From the NCBI GenBank assembly GCA_021733835.1, contig JAIPKD010000005.1:5192-69191 (forward strand): 64,000 bases of DNA, written 5' to 3'. The notes beneath the pieces were generated by a model. The model worked only from the letters and a program-made list of their open reading frames with translations, had not been told where the DNA came from and searched no databases. Of the stretch, positions 10,669 to 19,692 are shown one piece after another (position 1 is the stretch's first letter; every line of letters starts with the position of its first letter). The DNA comes from Verrucomicrobiota bacterium. Its GTDB lineage: Bacteria > Verrucomicrobiota > Verrucomicrobiia > Limisphaerales > JAIPKD01. Both the position numbers and the translations under genes were made by a program.

Positions 10669-11487
10669 ATGACAATTAATCTGAGCAATCTGAGTCGCAT
10701 CGGACTTATCACCTTGTTCCTGTTCAATTTCTCCGCGCCGGCCCAAGAGACAGAAGAACAAACCGAGGTAAAACCGCGCTATAAGACCGGTTACTCGGCA
10801 ATACGAACGATCGGCCGCGAGCTGTATACTCACTTGGACGCCGAGTACCAGAAACTAGTCAACGTCGAACCGCTGTTCCTCGAGATAGACATGACGCCGT
10901 TCATCCGCCTCGCCGAGTATCCCGAGGAACCTAAGCCGCTGCCGGTTGTCTTTATATCCGTCGGCTTCGTCGACCTCGTAAACAATGTCGCCCACGCCAA
11001 GGCGATCGATAAAATCAACGAAGGATACTTCGAAAACTACATAATCAGTCTTTCCCAAGAAAAAGGGGTCATGGAGCTGAAGCCGTTACCGGGTATCGAT
11101 AACAAGGAATACTGGAGCTTGAACATGCTCAACGAGCAGTTGAGCAACTTCAACCAGATAGTCGGCTGCCTGGTGGGAATCAAGATGGCGCATCATTACC
11201 TCGGGCATTATGATAAATACGAAAACCAATTGAACGGCGACAAGGATAAACCCAAGTCGATTAACGAATTCATCACCGAAGACGAATTCGAAGACGCCGT
11301 CGACAAAGGGGTCAACAACGCCTTCAACTGCGGGTACGGCGTGGACGGAATGATCGCACTCCTGGAATGCATAGATGAAATGCCGCAACGCCCCGATTGG
11401 ACAACGTTCTTCCTGCCGCGCAATGCGGACGTCGATGATTTAATCGATCAACTCCGCGATATCGAAGAGGAATTCTTCATGTTTTAG
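10669..11487 (+). CDS. Exported hypothetical protein resembling a degenerate M48 metallopeptidase
   Basis: Start moved to ATG 10669 (AAGGA upstream); signal peptide; GIKMAHHYLGH where HExxH is expected; later EFEDAVDKG...CGYGVDGMIALL. Confidence 0.5.
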   Translation: MTINLSNLSRIGLITLFLFNFSAPAQETEEQTEVKPRYKTGYSAIRTIGRELYTHLDAEYQKLVNVEPLFLEIDMTPFIRLAEYPEEPKPLPVVFISVGFVDLVNNVAHAKAIDKINEGYFENYIISLSQEKGVMELKPLPGIDNKEYWSLNMLNEQLSNFNQIVGCLVGIKMAHHYLGHYDKYENQLNGDKDKPKSINEFITEDEFEDAVDKGVNNAFNCGYGVDGMIALLECIDEMPQRPDWTTFFLPRNADVDDLIDQLRDIEEEFFMF

Positions 11488-11568
11488 GGCGAACCGTCGT
11501 CAATGCGATGTATGCCGGGTGGTATCTCCGTCTGCCGCGCATTACCCAAGCCATGATCAACGTTAGCC

Positions 11569-11583
11569 CGTTCACGTTCACGT
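11569..11583 (+). repeat. Intergenic hexamer array CGTTCA-CGTTCA-CGT (copy 1)
   Basis: The same 15-mer CGTTCACGTTCACGT starts at 22122 and 30398. Confidence 0.6.
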
Positions 11584-11618
11584 CCGCCTAATTCCTATAG
11601 GGAATTACGGGAACAACC

Positions 11619-11645
11619 AAAAAAGGGGCCTTTGTAAGGCCCCTT
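11619..11645 (-). terminator. Rho-independent terminator after gltA (possibly bidirectional)
   Basis: Perfect 10-bp stem AAGGGGCCTT-tgt-AAGGCCCCTT with an A-run on the left (U-tract on minus), between convergent genes. Confidence 0.8.
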
Positions 11646-11683
11646 GCTGAATTCGATTCCGAGTATCCGGTGGTTTCCGTTGG

Positions 11684-12994
11684 CTACCGGGACTTCTTAA
11701 CCTTCGCGGTTCTTTCGTCGACCGGCACATAATGGCGTTCTTTTTCGCCGACGTAGATTTGTCGCGGCCTGTAAATCCGGCTACGTGGATTATCCACGAC
11801 CTCTTTGTAGTTGGATATCCAACCCGGCATACGGCCTATAGCGAATATAACGGTGAACATTTCCGTCGGAATCCCGATCGCCCGCATTATGATACCGCTG
11901 TAGAAATCGACGTTGGGATAAAGCTTGCGTTCGACGAAATAGTCGTCGTTCAACGCCGTCTCCTCCATTTTCTTCGCTATATCGAGGAGCGGGTCTGAGA
12001 TGTTGAGCGAATTCAACAGCCGGTCACACACCTTTTTGATTATCCTGGCGCGCGGATCATAGTTTTTATACACGCGATGACCGAAGCCCATCAGCCGCTT
12101 GCTGCTCTTCTTATCTTTGGCCGCGGCGATAAACCTCGAGCCGTCGTCGCCCGATTCATGTATGTCTTCGAGCATACTGATCACCGCCTGGTTAGCGCCG
12201 CCATGCAGCGGCCCCCATAACGCGCAAACACCCGCCGCAGCGCTTGCGAACAGGTTGGCCTGACTGGACGCCACCATCCTCACGGTCGAAGTGGAACAGT
12301 TTTGCTCGTGGTCGGCATGCAGAATAAAGATCGTATCCAAGGCCCTCACTACTTCCGGCTTCAATTCATAGTCCAGGTACACATCGGAAAACATCATGTG
12401 CAGGAAGTTCTCCGTGTACTTGTATAACGGCTTCGGATAGATAATGGGCAATCCCCGCGATTTCCGGTACGAGAACGCCGCAATCGTGCGCACCTGGGAA
12501 ATCAGCCGCGACGCCTGAACATCGAAGCGCTGGCTGTCGCGCGTTCCCATCAACCCCGGATAAAAACAGCTGCTTGCGTTTATCATCGAGGACAATATAG
12601 CCATCGGATGCGCCGTGTAGGGGAAGCCCTCAAAATGGTATTTCATGTCCTCATGCAGGTTCTCATTCTCAGTAAGCGAATTCGAAAAATCCCGGAACTG
12701 TGCCCTCGTCGGCAATTCACCATAGATCAAGAGATAAGCTGTCTCCACGAAGGAGGATTTCTCCGCCAGTTCCTCAATGGGGATTCCGCGATAACGCAAT
12801 ATCCCGCGTTCCCCGTCTATGTAAGTAATTGCGCTCTTACACGACCCCGTATTCGCGTAGCCTTCATCCAGGGTAATGCACTGACTCTGGGCACGCAGAG
12901 ACGAAACGTCGACACCCTTTTCTCCCTCGGTTCCAACCACCGTTGGCAGTTCATACTCTTTCCCGTCAATATCGAGTTTTGCCGGTTTTTTCAT
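11684..12994 (-). CDS. gltA: Citrate synthase (type II)
   Basis: [60 protein letters not shown]. Confidence 0.97.
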   Translation of the reverse strand: MKKPAKLDIDGKEYELPTVVGTEGEKGVDVSSLRAQSQCITLDEGYANTGSCKSAITYIDGERGILRYRGIPIEELAEKSSFVETAYLLIYGELPTRAQFRDFSNSLTENENLHEDMKYHFEGFPYTAHPMAILSSMINASSCFYPGLMGTRDSQRFDVQASRLISQVRTIAAFSYRKSRGLPIIYPKPLYKYTENFLHMMFSDVYLDYELKPEVVRALDTIFILHADHEQNCSTSTVRMVASSQANLFASAAAGVCALWGPLHGGANQAVISMLEDIHESGDDGSRFIAAAKDKKSSKRLMGFGHRVYKNYDPRARIIKKVCDRLLNSLNISDPLLDIAKKMEETALNDDYFVERKLYPNVDFYSGIIMRAIGIPTEMFTVIFAIGRMPGWISNYKEVVDNPRSRIYRPRQIYVGEKERHYVPVDERTAKVKKSR

Positions 12995-13216
12995 AGTTCT
13001 TTATGTCTGTTTATTAGCTCTTTTTAGACTACCCTTATTTTCCATTGCTATGGAGCATTTTGCAAGTGATGAAACGCCGGATGCGCTATTTAGATTTTTT
13101 TTGACGTAGCCGGAGTTATTTCGTTTTTGACCACACCGAACGGAAAACTTATTATCACACAATTATCGCAACGGCAAATGGACGTTGATCGAGTGCAGCA
13201 AATGAGAATTTAATCT

Positions 13217-14026
13217 ATGAAACCCAATACGTGCGGCCGCTTAATGATAAACTCGCTCGGACAGGGGGTGATCCGTTTTTTCGAGCAGGTCCACGAATTG
13301 GGCGCCTTCGCGCTGATCACTATAGGCGTTACTTTCACCAAACTCAATAAGTCCAAGCGCCTCATACATCCGCTCATCCGCAAACATATCTTTCAGTCCG
13401 GTGTCCAGCTCATGCCTGTCACATGTTTTCTTGCGTTTGTAATCGGATTTATTGTTGTAGGTCAAACAATCGCCCAGCTTTCCCGTGTAGGCGCTCAGAA
13501 TTACGCCGGCACCGTGATGGTGGCTGTCGTCGTGCGCGAGCTCGGGCCGATCGTCGCTACACTCCTCGTACTTGCGCGCATCGGTACATCCACCGTCATA
13601 GAACTAGGCACATCCCGCGCAATGGGAGAGATAGAGGCGCTGGAGGCGCTCGGTATCGATTCCATCCATTACCTCGTCATGCCGCGGGTAATCAGCCTTG
13701 CACTGGCAGTCTTTGCTCTCACGGTTTATCTACTCATCCTGACCATGTTCAGCGGGTATCTCTTCGTATTCGCTCAAAATGTACAGCTTCAGCCATGGAC
13801 GTATTTCGATCAGATCGCCGCGGCGTTGAGATGGGATGATTTCTTGATACTCGGCCTGAAAACCGTATTCTTCGGACTTGGAATAGGCGTAATCTCCTGC
13901 TATGAAGGCCTCGCAAAACCGCTGCGACTCGAAGAAGTGTCAAAGGCCACAAACAGAGCAGTCGGTAAAACCGTCGCACTTTGCGCCATTATCGACGCCA
14001 TATTCATTATTTACCTGATAGTATGA
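13217..14026 (+). CDS. mlaE: MlaE-family ABC transporter permease
   Basis: VVRELGPIVATLLVLARIGTSTVIELG, GEIEALEALGIDSIHYLVMPR, ATNRAV. Confidence 0.85.
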   Translation: MKPNTCGRLMINSLGQGVIRFFEQVHELGAFALITIGVTFTKLNKSKRLIHPLIRKHIFQSGVQLMPVTCFLAFVIGFIVVGQTIAQLSRVGAQNYAGTVMVAVVVRELGPIVATLLVLARIGTSTVIELGTSRAMGEIEALEALGIDSIHYLVMPRVISLALAVFALTVYLLILTMFSGYLFVFAQNVQLQPWTYFDQIAAALRWDDFLILGLKTVFFGLGIGVISCYEGLAKPLRLEEVSKATNRAVGKTVALCAIIDAIFIIYLIV

Positions 14027-14829
14027 CCAACGCCCATACCAATAGCCAAATGTCCATCCCGGTGGCGGAACTTATAAACGTCGATATACCGAATCAGGAA
14101 GATAAAACCGTAAACGCACTTAAATCCGTTACATGGCGGATAATGCCCGGCGATTTCTGGGTCGTGGTCGGACGCGCAGGCGCCGGCAAATCCGAACTCC
14201 TCTCCACGATCGCAGGACTCCTACAACCCACCGCAGGGGATCAGTTCCTCTTCGGAAAAAAAGTCGATGCACTCAGAGGCGACCGCCTTATCGAAGGCCG
14301 CATGAAAACAGGGATGGTCTTCGAAGATACCGCCAGGCTATTCCATTCATTGTCGATCTACCAAAACATAGCCCTGCCGTTCTGTTATCACAGTAATTGC
14401 TCGATCAACGACGCGTATCCACGCACGCAAAAACTGCTGGAAACCCTGAACCTCGAACCATTGGCGAATCGCACTCCGACAAATCTTCCTCGCGCAGTCA
14501 GATTCCGTATCGGCCTCGCCCGCGCACTCATATTAAGACCCGAATTACTCCTCCTGGACAACCCGATGTCGGGCTTCGGCCCCAATCAGATCAATTGGTG
14601 CCGTGACTTTCTCACACGCCTCTCACACGGAGAAACCGGGCTTTTCGACTACAAAATGACCATCGTCGCCGCCGCAGATGACGTTGCACCGCTTGTGCAG
14701 AGCGGCCGCAAATACGCCGTCCTTAAAAACGCAACGCTTAACGTACTGGAAGACCCTGTAAAACTCGAGGAACTCAATCATTTTCCGAACACAAGTGAAT
14801 TTCAAGCGATGCTAACAACAATCCTGTAA
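14023..14829 (+). CDS. MlaF-like ABC ATP-binding protein with degenerate catalytic motifs
   Basis: ATG 14023 overlaps the mlaE stop (ATGA). Walker A GRAGAGKS is intact; signature reads LPRAV, Walker B LLLLDNP, no H-loop His. Confidence 0.75.
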   Translation: MTNAHTNSQMSIPVAELINVDIPNQEDKTVNALKSVTWRIMPGDFWVVVGRAGAGKSELLSTIAGLLQPTAGDQFLFGKKVDALRGDRLIEGRMKTGMVFEDTARLFHSLSIYQNIALPFCYHSNCSINDAYPRTQKLLETLNLEPLANRTPTNLPRAVRFRIGLARALILRPELLLLDNPMSGFGPNQINWCRDFLTRLSHGETGLFDYKMTIVAAADDVAPLVQSGRKYAVLKNATLNVLEDPVKLEELNHFPNTSEFQAMLTTIL

Positions 14830-14834
14830 CCCCT

Positions 14835-15908
14835 ATGCCTTTACAAGACTTAACACCACAATTACGAACACGGCTCAGCCGCGCCGAGAAAGTCGCCGGA
14901 CTTTTTGTCGGTCTCGCCGTGGTCCTACTCATCGCTGGGTTCACCTATTATCTGTATCACACGGCCAAAAGAAAAGGCTGGTTCCTCACAAAGGCGCCAT
15001 ACTTCACATTCGTTGAATCGGCGTCCGGACTGCAAACCGGCGACCCCGTCAAGCTCATGGGCTTTGACGTCGGACAAATCACCAAGATCGAAGCCATGCC
15101 CCCCAGCGATCCGCTGTATAACGTCTACGTCGAATTCGAAATCAAATATCCCTACTACGGCTATCTTTGGACCGATTCACAAGTCAATTTCACCGCAGGC
15201 GATTTCCTCGGCAACAGATACCTCGAGGTCACAAAAGGCACAAACGGCGCCGCCACATATCAGATGGACGGACAAAAGATTACCGGCATCTACGACGAAC
15301 AAGCCGGCGAATACAAGCCCATCACCAAAGACACCAAACCCTACTGGCTATGGTCGGTCGAAACACCCGCCATATCCGACCGCGTCCAGCAAGTCATCGC
15401 ACAAGTCGAAAAAGCGCTTCCCTCATTCCTGCAAATGACCAACGACATCAAGACCGCCGTATCCAACTCGGTCACGCTCACCTCAAACCTCAATCACACT
15501 GTCACAGCAGCGAATCCGGCGATAACCAATCTATCCGCCATCGCGCTCGACCTCCGCGAAAGACCCGGTGCACTCGGCGAATGGATCATACCAACCAATA
15601 TCAATCAACGACTCGATCACACCCTCGCTTCCACAGACAATGCTATTTCAAGCGCGGGAACAAACATCAATACTACATTGAATAACCTGAACATAACGCT
15701 CACCAACCTGGCGAGTATATCCTCGAACCTGAATAACCAGGTACAGGCAAACCACCTGATCCTCACCGAACTATCATCGCTCGTCGTCAATGCAAACAGC
15801 TTCATACAAGGCCTGAAACGTAACTGGCTCATCAAATCCGCATTCGCGGAATCCGATACAAATAAACCGGTTATCCTACTCGAACCAGGCAAAGGAAAAA
15901 CACAATGA
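14835..15908 (+). CDS. mlaD: MlaD/MCE domain protein with long helical extension
   Basis: N-terminal TM; ASGLQTGDPVKLMGFDVGQITKI MCE motif; T/N-rich helical C-terminal half. Confidence 0.85.
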   Translation: MPLQDLTPQLRTRLSRAEKVAGLFVGLAVVLLIAGFTYYLYHTAKRKGWFLTKAPYFTFVESASGLQTGDPVKLMGFDVGQITKIEAMPPSDPLYNVYVEFEIKYPYYGYLWTDSQVNFTAGDFLGNRYLEVTKGTNGAATYQMDGQKITGIYDEQAGEYKPITKDTKPYWLWSVETPAISDRVQQVIAQVEKALPSFLQMTNDIKTAVSNSVTLTSNLNHTVTAANPAITNLSAIALDLRERPGALGEWIIPTNINQRLDHTLASTDNAISSAGTNINTTLNNLNITLTNLASISSNLNNQVQANHLILTELSSLVVNANSFIQGLKRNWLIKSAFAESDTNKPVILLEPGKGKTQ

Positions 15909-16924
15909 AAACTCAATCCTATATCCCGGCAACCGCCGCCCGCCGAACGCCGATTTCAAAACAGAAGCCGAAACCGGTATTATTACATCAACTGCTCATG
16001 TTATCCATTCCTCTGTTCGCCGGCATTATCCTCGCGCCCCTGACAACCGGCTGTACTTCGACACCACCGCCCAAAGAAAAACCACCGGGACTAACTAAAG
16101 CGGAAACGCTTACCGAGTCCGCGCTGAAATTATCCCGCGCCGGCAATTGGCAGACCGCAGCCGAACAGTGGAAAGAGGCTTCCGGCCAATTCGCACTCCT
16201 AAACGATATAACAAACCAGGCCCACGCCTTACATAACCTGGGGATATCGCGCCTGCGCCTCAAGGAATTCTCGAAGGCCGAATCAGCCCTAGCCAAGGCG
16301 GCGGAACTCAACTCCTTCATCAACCGCCGAGACCGATGGTGGTTCAACCGTATCGGCTTACTCCAAGTTTACAGAGAATCAAACAACTCCATCGCCCAAG
16401 CCGCATCCATCGAATCCCTCCAATCACAACTGCAATCCGTCTCCGACCATGAAATACGCGGACACTTCTTCAACGAGGCGGCGCTTTACGAATATTCCAA
16501 ACAAGAATTCTCCAAGGCCTCGGAGCTCCTCGATAACGCGGAAAAGGAATTCAGCGGGATCGACCACATCCCGGGCCTGGCCGCCGTCGCCGCAAACAAG
16601 GCAAGACTCCTCCAGTCCCAGGCCGAGCATAACCGCGCCCTCGAAAAATGGGATGCGGCGCTACGCCTCTCGCGTGAAACAGCCGATTACGACGGCATCG
16701 CCTCGGCGCTCTATGGAAAAGGAAAAACATTGCTCGAACTAAAACAAAACCTGGAAACGTCCGAATTACTCCTTGAACAAGCAGCAAACAATTTCGGTCT
16801 GCTCAATATGCAACAGGAAAGAACCAAGGCCGTCCACGCCCTCATCGATTGCCTGCAGGCGCGAAATAAAGTTGAAAAGGCCGACGCTTGGCGCGCTGAA
16901 ATCAAAAACAGTACTTCCGAATAG
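15905..16924 (+). CDS. TPR-repeat putative lipoprotein
   Basis: Overlaps the mlaD stop; hydrophobic segment ending LTTG-C; TPR-like repeats (AHALHNLGISRL, ASALYGKGKTL). Confidence 0.65.
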   Translation: MKTQSYIPATAARRTPISKQKPKPVLLHQLLMLSIPLFAGIILAPLTTGCTSTPPPKEKPPGLTKAETLTESALKLSRAGNWQTAAEQWKEASGQFALLNDITNQAHALHNLGISRLRLKEFSKAESALAKAAELNSFINRRDRWWFNRIGLLQVYRESNNSIAQAASIESLQSQLQSVSDHEIRGHFFNEAALYEYSKQEFSKASELLDNAEKEFSGIDHIPGLAAVAANKARLLQSQAEHNRALEKWDAALRLSRETADYDGIASALYGKGKTLLELKQNLETSELLLEQAANNFGLLNMQQERTKAVHALIDCLQARNKVEKADAWRAEIKNSTSE

Positions 16925-16954
16925 ACCGTGGACACCGGCCAACTCAAACCAGTC

Positions 16955-18178
16955 TTACGCATTCCCCTTCATAATCGCGGTATCCAGCTCTCGCCTGCAT
17001 GTATAAACCAGGGTGCAGGCGGACGCCGACGCCAATGCCGCAAAAGCGAATACCAACCGTAAATTACCGCCGCTCAAATACGTCAACACCACCGCGGCGC
17101 CGTTGCCGAAAAGCGGGCCCAGTCCGGCCCCGCACAATATCAGCAACGCCTGCGCCGTAGCCCGCACCTCGCGCCGAGCTATCGCGTTTACCACGATACT
17201 CATCCCGATATGGAAAAACACCACCATGAATCCGATCAGAAAATAACTCCCGGATAAAACCCAAAGATTACCCGATACGGCGTATAATACTTGACGCAAC
17301 ACCATGGCGGCGCCGCCGACCATTAATAAGGTAGAGTCCCTGTAACACCTGACCACAGCGCCCCTCCTCAAGAACAACACTATCTCGAGCAACACGCCCA
17401 TCGCAAACACCGGCCCTATCCATTCCCGCGACATCCCCAGCTCGACCAGTAATGCCGGCGAGTAATAGATGAAAATCGCAAAAGACGACGTCATCATAAA
17501 AAACGCGGTCAATACTGTTCGAAAAACGCCGTCGCTCAACAGCCTCTTGACCGCAGCCCAGTAACCTAACTCCGCCCCGTCGCCCCTTAAAAATCCCCCC
17601 GCCGCCCCCGGCGCCATCGGCGGCAACCAAAGAGACATCAATACCATCCCACCGGCCAATGCAATTCCCAGGAGCAACGCAAAATCCAGATTCTCAATAT
17701 CACCCGCAATAATCCATGCCGCTATCGGTATCGACGGCACTATCCATCCCACAGACCCCCATGCGCGTAATAAGCCGAATTCTTCACTCGGATTCTTCAG
17801 GTAATGAAAGCACAAGGGGTTGATCAATAATAGCATCGGATTGAAACACGAATAGAAAAGCAGGTACGACAATAAGTATCCCGTGTAGTACTTCTGATTG
17901 AATAACAATATCAGCGCAACTACGACACCGGCGTTCAGCCATCCGAACAATCGGTTGAGCGGCACCCACCTGTCCGCCACCATCCCCCAAAAAAACGGTA
18001 CAACCAGCAACGCAGCCGACGCCGACATGAAGACCGCGCTCACCTCCGTATTACTCAATCCCCGGTCCTTCAACCATACGCTTATAAAAGGGATCACCGC
18101 ACCGCCGACCGCGAATTGCAGAACCATCGCGGCCTTCAGTTTTCCAAATACATTACCCGATCGCGCACTAAAGCTCAT
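16955..18178 (-). CDS. MFS transporter (nucleoside:H+ symporter / MFS_1-like)
   Basis: About 12 hydrophobic helices; FFWGMVADRW; FGLLRAWGSVGWI. Confidence 0.8.
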   Translation of the reverse strand: MSFSARSGNVFGKLKAAMVLQFAVGGAVIPFISVWLKDRGLSNTEVSAVFMSASAALLVVPFFWGMVADRWVPLNRLFGWLNAGVVVALILLFNQKYYTGYLLSYLLFYSCFNPMLLLINPLCFHYLKNPSEEFGLLRAWGSVGWIVPSIPIAAWIIAGDIENLDFALLLGIALAGGMVLMSLWLPPMAPGAAGGFLRGDGAELGYWAAVKRLLSDGVFRTVLTAFFMMTSSFAIFIYYSPALLVELGMSREWIGPVFAMGVLLEIVLFLRRGAVVRCYRDSTLLMVGGAAMVLRQVLYAVSGNLWVLSGSYFLIGFMVVFFHIGMSIVVNAIARREVRATAQALLILCGAGLGPLFGNGAAVVLTYLSGGNLRLVFAFAALASASACTLVYTCRRELDTAIMKGNA

Positions 18179-18288
18179 TTAACATTCCGGTTAAACCACA
18201 AAACACGGCGTAGAATCCACACAATTCTCTTGTGCCCGCCCCGGAATCATTAGAATGAGCCCCGATTACAACCGCCTACGCACCCAAC

Positions 18289-18897
18289 TCAACCATGCGC
18301 CGCGCAGCCGGTGCATGATTGGATTCGCGACGTCTTCGCCGGGTCCGGCGGATATTTCTCGATTAATCTCCCGGCCATCGCCGTCATTTCGCTATATCCA
18401 ATTCCGGACCACCGCTCCGCGAATATATCGCAGTCCTCGGACAATCGCTCCAATTCACCCGCAGGTAATGTTTGTAAGGCCATCGGATAAAGGATGTTGT
18501 CCTCCTTATAAATATGCGATCCAAGAAGACTGAATAAGGCGGTCGCCGCGGACTTAACCTCACCGATCTCGTCGCTGCTCCATGGAGCGTTCCTCTGCGC
18601 TATGTCCGCAAGCGCAGATACCAACCTCCTGCCCTCGTCATGCTCGATAAACATCACCGCAAGCGGCCCCTGTTCCTTCGAGAATCCGTACCTTTGCATC
18701 TCATGAAACAGCATTTCCTCTTCCTTGCCGTGGTGATACTTATCGGCGAAATTCCTAAAGAACACCGTGTATTCACCCAAATGCGCCCTGGCGCCGGAAT
18801 CGCCTTCACCAACGCTATCGGCAAACGTTATCAATGACTCCAACACAAGCTTGATCAACCGGTGTTCATCCTCGAGAATATCAATCATTCTTCTCAT
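18289..18897 (-). CDS. Hemerythrin (HHE cation-binding) domain protein
   Basis: EHRLI...HHGKEEEMLF...EHDEGR...HIYKEDNILYP. Start placed at ATG 18897 because the ORF-track start overlaps the regulatory box. Confidence 0.85.
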   Translation of the reverse strand: MRRMIDILEDEHRLIKLVLESLITFADSVGEGDSGARAHLGEYTVFFRNFADKYHHGKEEEMLFHEMQRYGFSKEQGPLAVMFIEHDEGRRLVSALADIAQRNAPWSSDEIGEVKSAATALFSLLGSHIYKEDNILYPMALQTLPAGELERLSEDCDIFAERWSGIGYSEMTAMAGRLIEKYPPDPAKTSRIQSCTGCAAHG

Positions 18898-18932
18898 AAT
18901 AGAACAATATACAGAATCCCCCCTGACGATCA

Positions 18933-18946
18933 TTGATCCGAATCAA
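18933..18946. promoter_or_regulatory. FNR/CRP-family binding site (TTGAT-N4-ATCAA)
   Basis: TTGATccgaATCAA; on the minus strand TATATT (18911-18906) lies 21 nt downstream, then 8 nt to ATG 18897, the same geometry as at 3176. Confidence 0.75.
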
Positions 18947-19031
18947 GAAAACACGCAAATATCGAACACACACACTGAGCTTCCCGTATCAATACATTGC
19001 CTCCCGTAACGGTCGACACGAACCGGAAAAC

Positions 19032-19397
19032 TTAAGACTCCAAAAACCACACAATAAGAAACACGAAGATCGATATAACGACTATTGAAACGCCGATTCG
19101 TATGGCCCAGGTCTTTAAATCCAAGTTTGGAAATTTATCGCTCACTTTGTCTATTACCTTCTTTTCCTCCCTAACACCGCAATTCTCGCACTCACTCAAA
19201 ACCCTGGATGTCAACCGCCCACAATGTGAACAGGTACGATAAAGGGCAAAACCGCAATACTCACACACACGCCGGCCGGAAATATTTAAATGCTCGCATT
19301 TCCCACATAGCACCCCCTTGTCGGCTTCCTGTAACCATCTGGAACGTTTGGAAACACCGTCTAAAACTTGCTTTTGATATCTAATCCCTGAATCCAT
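19032..19397 (-). CDS. Double zinc-ribbon protein with C-terminal TM helix
   Basis: Four CxxC pairs (CGKC, CEYC, CSHC, CENC) and a hydrophobic C-terminus. Confidence 0.7.
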   Translation of the reverse strand: MDSGIRYQKQVLDGVSKRSRWLQEADKGVLCGKCEHLNISGRRVCEYCGFALYRTCSHCGRLTSRVLSECENCGVREEKKVIDKVSDKFPNLDLKTWAIRIGVSIVVISIFVFLIVWFLES

Positions 19398-19692
19398 TAG
19401 CCCCGAACTTTAGCAGGAAACATACCAAAGCATCGCATGGACACTCCCGAGCCGTTAATTAACTAATAAAACAGCGACCCCATGAATTTTATAATGTGAT
19501 AACAAGTTTCTTGTAACCAAACAAAGAAGCGAAGCGTCTAAAATCGCTGGTATATAGTGTATTTTACAGGTCAGACGAAAGATACGCCAGCGCCGCACAA
19601 GCCGGCGACGGCAAGGGAGAGGGTTGTGTTGCGTTAACCCGAAAGCAAGATTTTTTATTAATATATATTGAAACAGATTCAACCGTGCGTTG

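Noticed and set aside
19560-19650. GC-rich hairpin-forming patch between copA and the zinc-ribbon gene as a riboswitch
   Set aside because: I could not match it to c-di-GMP, SAM, TPP or other aptamer cores; imperfect stems could be a copA terminator.
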